Shown here in pieces: positions 54,674-64,000 of a stretch of 64,000 bases of DNA (positions are counted from its first letter, which is position 1; each line of letters opens with the position of its first letter). Location of the stretch: contig JAWKHR010000018.1 in assembly GCA_041394725.1 (NCBI GenBank), positions 4,359-68,358 on the forward strand, written 5' to 3'. Under the pieces are notes generated by a model. That model searched no databases, was not told the origin of the DNA, and was given only the letters and a program-made list of their open reading frames with translations. A program made the position numbers and the translations under genes. Source of the DNA: Vicinamibacterales bacterium (GTDB lineage: Bacteria; Acidobacteriota; Vicinamibacteria; Vicinamibacterales; SCN-69-37).

Positions 54674-55437
54674 TCACTGGCTCGCCAGCAGCCCTCGATG
54701 ACCCGCTGAACGCCGCCATCGGCGCTGAGCGCCAACCAGGCGTCGGTCACGTCCACGCGGCCATCGGACCTGAGGCGGCCCAGGAAGAATCCCGGGGTCC
54801 CGGACATGCCCACCGCACGGCCTGTCGCCCTCGGCCTGAACCTTGGCCGTCGCTTCACCAGATAGAGAGCTATCGAAAACCGCCGGGTCCGTGGAGCTCC
54901 ACCGCCAGCGGGAAGCCAGGCTCGAGACGGGAGCTGCGACTGCTCGGCGAAGAGCCGGTCGTGCATCGCCCAGAACTTGCCCTGCCGCCCAGCGCACTCG
55001 GCCGCCTCCGCCGCCTTCAGCCAGCGGATGCAACTGCGGCAGCAGGATGGCGGATAGGCGAAGAGCACCTTTGCCCGTGGCGACGTACTGGCGGTCCAGT
55101 TCGGGCAGGGTCTCGGCGGCAAATCGCCCGCAGAAGGGGCACTGGAAGTCCGGCACTCGACCATGGCCAGCGGGGCGTTCCGGGTGCCGCGCAGCGCGGC
55201 ACCCTCGAGCGTGATCGGCTCGCCCGGCAGCGCCGGTGGTGGCGGCGGAGGCGGATTCTCCGGCGCATTGGTTCGTGTCGTCCGGACCGTGGGCTCGACG
55301 GTGATCACGTGAATGCCCGTCATCGCATCGACCATCAGCAGTCCGACGGCGATGATGAGCAGCGTCGCGACGAGGCCCAGAACCGCCTTCACATGATCGA
55401 GCAGTGCAAGAAGCCCACGACTGGACGGTTGCGCCAT
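54674..55437 (-). pseudogene. DsbA-family thiol:disulfide oxidoreductase, membrane-anchored; frameshifted
   Basis: Frame 1 gives a TM anchor (LGLVATLLIIAVGLLMV), a Pro-rich linker, LPGEPITLEGAALRGTRNAPLAMVE, and later AAEAAECAGRQGKFWAMHDRLFAEQSQL and GMSGTPGFFLGRLRSDGRV. The active site DFQCPFCGRFAAETLPELDRQYVATGK is in the frame of ORF 54674..55156. Confidence 0.7.
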
Positions 55438-55543
55438 CAGATGCCTCCCAAGAAAGGCAGACTACCGGCTCGAGCCGTCAGGATTCTCATTCGGAAATCG
55501 CCGATGCCCCAAGGACATCCGTCACCATCGAGCAGGGCAATTG

Positions 55544-56226
55544 TCACGGGCCCACAGCCGCGGTCTTCCCGTCACACTCCGGCCACCGCGCCAGCGCGAG
55601 TACCAGCACCCCACGCCGCCGCCTCAGGGATCCATTCCGCTCGAGCTCGGCCAGCAGGCGGCCGAGATGTTCGCGGCTGACCCCGACCAGCTGCGCGAGT
55701 TCGCCGAGCGTCACCGGGAGCGCCAGTTCGATGTGTCCCCGGCGCCGCGGCGACTGGAGCTGCGTCGCGAGCCGGACGACGGTTCGCCTGAGACGCTCCG
55801 GCGCGGGATACACCGCCATCTCGCCTCGGAGGATGTCGTCGATGCGTGTCTGTCGGGCGAGCAGATCGAGGACGCGCCGGCAAGATCCGGGCTCTGCCGC
55901 ACGTGGCTGAGAAAGGTGGCCACCGGCAGCGAACGAAGCCGACACCGCGTCGCCGCGACACCGGACGTCGCGTAGGGCCGGTCGAGGAGGGCCGACGACG
56001 CACCAAGCAGCCACCCGCTCCCCCGCAGGGCGATCAGCGCGTCGTCGTCCCGCTCACGGCGAATCGTCTTCACGAAGCCCGAGGCGATCAGGCCGACGGC
56101 CGATGGCCGGTGTCCTTGATGAAACAGCGGCGTCCCCGCAGGGAACTCCTCGACCGGACCGAACCCCGCGGCATCCGCCCACTCCGCATGCGCCTCCATG
56201 TCCCCCTCGCGCCCAAGCCCCGCCAT
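55544..56226 (-). pseudogene. Crp/Fnr-family transcriptional regulator; single frameshift near 55,875
   Basis: ORF 55711..56226 carries the cNMP-binding-like domain (FPAGTPLFHQGHRPSAVGLIASGFVKTIRRERDDDALIALRGSGWLLGASSAL...RLRSLPVATFLSHVRQSPDL). ORF 55544..56014, in another frame, continues with RRVLDLLARQTRIDDILRGEM...LALPVTLGELAQLVGVSREHLGRLLAELERNGSL (HTH_Crp). Confidence 0.75.
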
Positions 56227-56239
56227 CGAGCCTGGGGGA

Positions 56240-56297
56240 GCGTTGGCGTTGTTGGCGTTTATGCTGGCGTTGGCGTTGGCGTTGGCGTTGGCGCTGG
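56240..56297. repeat. Hexanucleotide tandem repeat (GGCGTT)n, about 9 units (2 degenerate)
   Basis: The sequence is GCGTTGGCGTTGTTGGCGTTTATGCTGGCGTTGGCGTTGGCGTTGGCGTTGGCGCTGG. It lies 14 nt upstream of the Crp/Fnr ATG (56226). The in-frame upstream region has no start codon before a TAG, so the repeat is non-coding. Confidence 0.9.
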
Positions 56298-56461
56298 GAA
56301 AACCGTAGCAGCCACAGAAGGCGGCCGCAAGACGAAAGCCGCCAGTTCGGCTCGAACGCTAGGCCAAGGGCGACCTGGATCACGGATCCAACGGACTCCC
56401 GGCGACACGAGAGGACTCCGCCGACAGCCGGCGCCCGGACAGGGACCCCACCGCCCGAACC

Positions 56462-56487
56462 GGCGCCGCGGCTTCCGCCGCGGCGCC
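56462..56487 (-). terminator. GC-rich hairpin downstream of rpoC (terminator candidate)
   Basis: GGCGCCGCGGC-TTCC-GCCGCGGCGCC is a perfect 11-bp stem about 160 nt after the rpoC stop. There is no clear U-tract on either strand. Confidence 0.4.
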
Positions 56488-56502
56488 TTCGATGAGGGAG
56501 TC

Positions 56503-56640
56503 CTCAATCTATCAATCTATCAATCAGCCAATCTTTCAATCAGCCAATCAGCCAATCAGCCAATCATCGCTCTCTCAATCGACAATCACCCGATCGACAA
56601 TCACCAATCAATCCTCAATCACCGATCATCAATCCGCAAT
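56503..56640. repeat. CAATC-rich repeat array: 8 tandem 8-mers CAATCNNN (56505-56568) plus degenerate copies
   Basis: The array reads CAATCTAT CAATCTAT CAATCAGC CAATCTTT CAATCAGC CAATCAGC CAATCAGC CAATCATC, then CAATCGA CAATCACCCGATCGA CAATCAC CAATCAATCCT CAATCACCGATCAT CAATCCG CAATGG. I count about 15 CAATC in 138 bp. It is AT-rich relative to its surroundings and begins 5 nt after the rpoC stop. Confidence 0.95.
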
Positions 56641-56644
56641 GGCT

Positions 56645-64000
<7,356 letters not shown>

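Noticed and set aside
56054-56507. Short ORFs encoding (RQ)n, (PT)n or (NA)n dipeptide repeats
   Set aside because: These are artefacts of translating the GGCGTT hexamer repeat in three frames. No start codon or RBS context supports them.
56503-56640. Possible CRISPR array or coding repeat (Q/S/N/I-rich peptide)
   Set aside because: The units are 8 bp with no unique spacers and no cas genes. The peptide reading belongs to an antisense shadow ORF. It is kept as a non-coding repeat.

Overview
High-GC (roughly 70% by eye) bacterial chromosomal segment. The Acidobacteria-type VWA proteins and orphan FtsX/MacB-type permeases suggest Acidobacteriota. All family calls rest on my own reading of the ORF translations, with no database search.

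Layout:
(1) 0-6.3 kb, minus strand: VKOR fragment, then the type IV pilus genes pilA, pilC, pilT and pilB, plus an outer-membrane beta-barrel gene. One contiguous ~1.4 kb stretch (about 2.93-4.37 kb) covering the 5' half of pilT and the 3' half of pilB is riddled with frameshifts.
(2) 6.4-17.2 kb, plus strand: a Yip1-like membrane protein and two MacA/MacB-like adaptor+permease modules with no ATPase gene. These flank an EF-G paralog that lacks the catalytic His and an MltB-type lytic transglycosylase.
(3) 17.3-37.3 kb, minus strand: threonine dehydratase, then an uninterrupted alpha/spc/S10/str ribosomal super-operon (rplQ back to rpsL, including secY, adk, map, infA, rpmJ and fusA; no tuf).
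(4) 37.8-39.5 kb: a secreted esterase-like hydrolase.
(5) 39.5-56.2 kb: a co-directional minus-strand accessory tract.
- (a) A polytopic-membrane/spermidine-synthase fusion followed by three tandem paralogs of a protein family I cannot assign. This is my best candidate for an undescribed system.
- (b) DinB, two MIDAS-less VWA proteins (one with a 27-Gln tract encoded by a hexanucleotide microsatellite) and two HExxHxxGxxH lipoproteins.
- (c) A lower-GC, decayed block holding a truncated GNAT, a frameshifted Cys-rich secreted protein, a DsbA-like gene and a Crp/Fnr gene.
(6) 56.2-56.65 kb: two unusual tandem-repeat arrays and a GC hairpin just downstream of rpoC.
(7) 56.6-64 kb: rpoC and partial rpoB.

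No rRNA, tRNA, CRISPR or recognisable transposase was seen.
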